From Bacillota bacterium (GTDB lineage: Bacteria; Bacillota; Limnochordia; Darwinibacteriales; DTU012), in assembly GCA_012798795.1 (NCBI GenBank), contig JAAZMN010000038.1:1-38774 (forward strand): a stretch of 38,774 nt of DNA. The letters are read 5' to 3'. Both the position numbers and the translations under genes were made by a program. This document shows positions 35,903 to 38,774 of the stretch, one piece after another. A model generated the notes under the pieces. The model did no database searches. It had not been told where the DNA came from and was given only the letters and a program-made list of their open reading frames with translations. The first letter of the stretch is position 1. Every line of letters begins with the position of its first letter.

Positions 35903-37219
35903 TTGAACTATCATAATATGTCGATAAACAATAAAGGTCACTTAGAGATTGGCGGTTGTGATCTTGTTGATCTTGCCAGCGAGTATGGCACACCTCTTTA
36001 TGTTCTTGATGAGGAATTAGTCGTTGACAGAGCTGAACAATATCTACAAGCATTAAAAGGACTGCCGGAATATGAAATAGCCTATGCCAGCAAGGCTTTT
36101 ATCTCTCTTGGCATGGCAAAACTAATTGCTAATTTGGGTTTATGTATTGATGTCGCCAGTGGGGGCGAGCTTTATATTGTACTTAAGGCGGGTTTCCCAG
36201 CGGAAAGGATTTATTTTCACGGAAATAATAAATCAATTGAAGAATTGAAACAGGCTCTTAATGCAAATGTAGGGAGAATTGTAGTTGACAATCTCTATGA
36301 ACTTGAATTATTGTCTAAGCTGGCCACAGAATCTAATCGAACTGCGAATATATTAATTAGGCTTACACCGGGAATTGATGCCTATACTCATACTTATATT
36401 AGAACAGGACAGTTGGATTCTAAGTTTGGTATTAGTTTAGCACATGATCAAGCTTTTGAAGCTGTTAAATTAGCAGTTCAGCTGCGAAATATTGAGCTTA
36501 AGGGAGTTCACTGTCATATCGGCTCACAGATTTTTGATGTTTCCAGTTATCCGGTGGCAGTTGATCTTATGATGCGGTTCATTTCAAAGGTAAAGAAAGA
36601 AGGAATCGAGCTTAGAGAATTAAATTTAGGCGGTGGTTTAGGCATTCGCTATATCCCGAATGACCAACCTGTATCCATTGGTGACTTTGGAGAGCTATTA
36701 ACAAAATCCCTAATGCAAGCTGCACAGAAATATAATATCAAGATTCCTAAAATAATAGTTGAACCCGGGCGTTCTATAGTAGGGGAAGCTGGAACGACAC
36801 TTTACCGTATTGGTGCAATTAAAGAAATCAAAGGCGGCAGAACTTATGCGGCAGTGGACGGCGGTATGACTGATAATATACGAGTTGCACTGTACCAAGC
36901 TAGATATCATGGCGCTGCCGCAAATAAAGCTGCCAGTGAAAATGAAAAGTTATATACTATTGTGGGAAAGAGCTGCGAATCATCAGATATTCTCATTAGT
37001 GACATTTATTTACCGAAGCTGGAGGCAGGTGATATATTGGCGGTTTTTGTCACCGGGGCTTATAATTATTCTATGGCTAACAATTATAATGCAATTCCAC
37101 GTTCTCCTGTTGTAATCGCCTATAAGGGGCAGAGTGAATTGTTAATTGAGCGAGAAACATATCAAGATTTGATTCGACTACATAAAATACCTGCAAGGTG
37201 GTGCAAAAATGAATTTTGA
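35903..37219 (+). CDS. lysA: Diaminopimelate decarboxylase
   Basis: YGTPLYV, YASKA, HCHIGSQI, EPGRSIVG, KSCESSD, GAYNYSMA; TTG 35903 after GGAGG. Confidence 0.96.
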   Translation: MNYHNMSINNKGHLEIGGCDLVDLASEYGTPLYVLDEELVVDRAEQYLQALKGLPEYEIAYASKAFISLGMAKLIANLGLCIDVASGGELYIVLKAGFPAERIYFHGNNKSIEELKQALNANVGRIVVDNLYELELLSKLATESNRTANILIRLTPGIDAYTHTYIRTGQLDSKFGISLAHDQAFEAVKLAVQLRNIELKGVHCHIGSQIFDVSSYPVAVDLMMRFISKVKKEGIELRELNLGGGLGIRYIPNDQPVSIGDFGELLTKSLMQAAQKYNIKIPKIIVEPGRSIVGEAGTTLYRIGAIKEIKGGRTYAAVDGGMTDNIRVALYQARYHGAAANKAASENEKLYTIVGKSCESSDILISDIYLPKLEAGDILAVFVTGAYNYSMANNYNAIPRSPVVIAYKGQSELLIERETYQDLIRLHKIPARWCKNEF

Positions 37220-37823
37220 ACAGCTTGCTTATACGATAATATCAGCAATTTTTGCTATTTCAATACATGAATACGCACATGGATTTGTTGCTTACAAGTT
37301 GGGAGATCCTACTCCTAAAGCCCAAGGCAGACTAACTCTTAACCCCTTAAAGCATCTGGATCCAATCGGAGCATTGATGTTAATTATTGCCAAAGTCGGA
37401 TGGGCGAAACCCGTTCAAATCAATCCTTTATATTTTAAAAACAAGCGGCAGGCTATGATCCTTGTAGCGTTGGCTGGACCGTTAGCTAATATTACTACGG
37501 CTTGGGTTGTAAATATCATCAGTGTATTGTTATTTCGGCTGCCTATAAAACCAAATTTTTTGTTTTCACTTTATTTATTTGCCTGTATTTCTATTGAAAT
37601 TAACATAATGTTGGCTGCGTTTAATTTAATACCAATTCCACCGTTAGATGGTTCGAAAATTGTTGCTAATCTGCTGCCTCTTAAAATGCGGCTTAAATAT
37701 GAACGAATCAGTCCGTATGCTCCGTTGATCTTGATTGTCGGCATATGGACGGGTACACTGAGCTATATAATTAGTCCCCTTTACCGCATGCTTTTTTCAC
37801 TGATTAGAGGATTTTCATTATAA
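37209..37823 (+). CDS. Site-2 protease (M50) family protein
   Basis: HEYAH, ALAGPLAN, NLIPIPPLDG. Confidence 0.93.
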   Translation: MNFEQLAYTIISAIFAISIHEYAHGFVAYKLGDPTPKAQGRLTLNPLKHLDPIGALMLIIAKVGWAKPVQINPLYFKNKRQAMILVALAGPLANITTAWVVNIISVLLFRLPIKPNFLFSLYLFACISIEINIMLAAFNLIPIPPLDGSKIVANLLPLKMRLKYERISPYAPLILIVGIWTGTLSYIISPLYRMLFSLIRGFSL

Positions 37824-37855
37824 TCAAACTCAATCAAGAATATTAGGTGAGTTTT

Positions 37856-38575
37856 ATGGGTTATTTAGTTAAGCTGGAAATATTCGAAGGACCTTTTGAT
37901 TTACTGCTTAATCTAATTGAAAAAGCGGAGATTGATATTTTTGACATTCCAATTGCTCAAATAACAGAGGAGTATCTTGATTATCTCCGAAAAATGCAAG
38001 AGTTAGACCTAGTTGTCAGCGGTGATTTTTTAGTAATGGCCGCTACTTTATTACAGATTAAAGCCAAGATGCTGTTACCTGCCAAACCCCAAACCGATGA
38101 AGAAGAGCCGGAAGAAGACCCGCGGGAAGAGTTGGTTGAGCGTTTATTAGAATATAAGTTTTATAAAGAAATTGCTGAGATTCTGCAGACGAAAAGCCAA
38201 CAGGCAGCAGGGGTTTATCCCCGTTACTTTTATGATCAGAGTCAACATAAATCCCCAATATTTACTAATCCAATCGGTGAAGCAGATGCTAACACACTAG
38301 CAAAACTGTTTTCCCAAGTCCTGCAGGCTCTTAAAGAGAGTAAAACAGTAACACATATAAAAAGGCGTAGAAGAAGTATGGCAGAGACAATAGCATCCAT
38401 TCGCTTAACCATGTTAAAGCGTAATCAGGTTACATTTAGTGAATTGCTTATCGAGAAAGATCGCTATTATATCTTAATGACATTTTTGGCAGTGCTAGAA
38501 TTAGTTCACATGCAAGAAATTAAAGCTGTGCAAGAACAGGATTTTGGCGAAATCAAACTGATTTTATTGGCATGA
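37856..38575 (+). CDS. scpA: Segregation and condensation protein A
   Basis: FEGPFDLLL.LI, FLVMAATLL.IKAKMLLP, TFLAVLEL. Confidence 0.96.
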   Translation: MGYLVKLEIFEGPFDLLLNLIEKAEIDIFDIPIAQITEEYLDYLRKMQELDLVVSGDFLVMAATLLQIKAKMLLPAKPQTDEEEPEEDPREELVERLLEYKFYKEIAEILQTKSQQAAGVYPRYFYDQSQHKSPIFTNPIGEADANTLAKLFSQVLQALKESKTVTHIKRRRRSMAETIASIRLTMLKRNQVTFSELLIEKDRYYILMTFLAVLELVHMQEIKAVQEQDFGEIKLILLA

Positions 38576-38595
38576 ATTAAGGAGGTAGGGAGAAC

Positions 38596-38774
38596 TTGAC
38601 CTTAGAAGAATCATATAGAATCATAGAGGGTTTGATTTTTGCTGCTCCTTATCCTTTAACTGCAAAGGAAATTGGAGAAATTACAGGCCTGGAACCAGAA
38701 ATGGTGGAACGATTAATTCATAGAATTAAGGAAAAGTATTGCGATGGTGGTATTGTACTGCGTAAAGTGGCAGG
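38596..38774 (+). CDS. scpB: Segregation and condensation protein B (5' part, runs off window; absent from ORF track)
   Basis: Manual translation MTLEESYRIIEGLIFAAPYPLT...GGIVLRKVA; follows scpA; TTG after GGAG. Confidence 0.9.
   Translation, partial: MTLEESYRIIEGLIFAAPYPLTAKEIGEITGLEPEMVERLIHRIKEKYCDGGIVLRKVA

Noticed and set aside
889-38258. Short antisense or alternate-frame ORFs in the track (e.g. 889-1083, 2320-2541, 8002-8328, 10690-10953, 13398-13589, 26786-27028, 29822-30139, 34226-34531, 38058-38258)
   Set aside because: They lie within well-supported genes and show no recognisable motifs; treated as shadow ORFs.
1-38774. CRISPR array, IS element, tRNA/rRNA or genomic island
   Set aside because: No spaced repeats, transposase/integrase ORFs or RNA-gene-sized gaps with such motifs; no compositional shift obvious by eye.

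Overview
AT-rich chromosomal segment from an endospore-forming, probably anaerobic Bacillota (Clostridia/Limnochordia-like; taxonomy is inference from gene content). It follows the conserved core backbone ylmC-nrdR-pgeF-ftsK-rodZ...rimO-pgsA...cinA...recA-recX-rny-ymdB-spoVS...lysA-S2P-scpA-scpB. No mobile element, CRISPR array, rRNA or tRNA is visible. Three insertions stand out. (1) A self-contained minus-strand atpZ-I-B-E-F-H operon with its own sigmaA promoter and a terminator on the atpH stop. It encodes Fo plus delta but no alpha/gamma/beta/epsilon, and its c-subunit has a two-carboxylate Na+ signature. (2) An orphan GerA/SpoVAF-like gene closely followed by a three-gene DUF2229/DUF2229/activase set with the domain inventory of PlsA/PlsR-type ether-lipid reductases, preceded by a Trp-less dodecin and a 4-TM protein. 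(3) A short FtsH-like protease lacking the extracytoplasmic domain, paired with an uncharacterised membrane-anchored protein. Smaller oddities include a SpoIIP with Val at the catalytic Glu position, a probable ATC start codon and a truncated RodZ. All family calls come from motif recognition by eye, not database searches.
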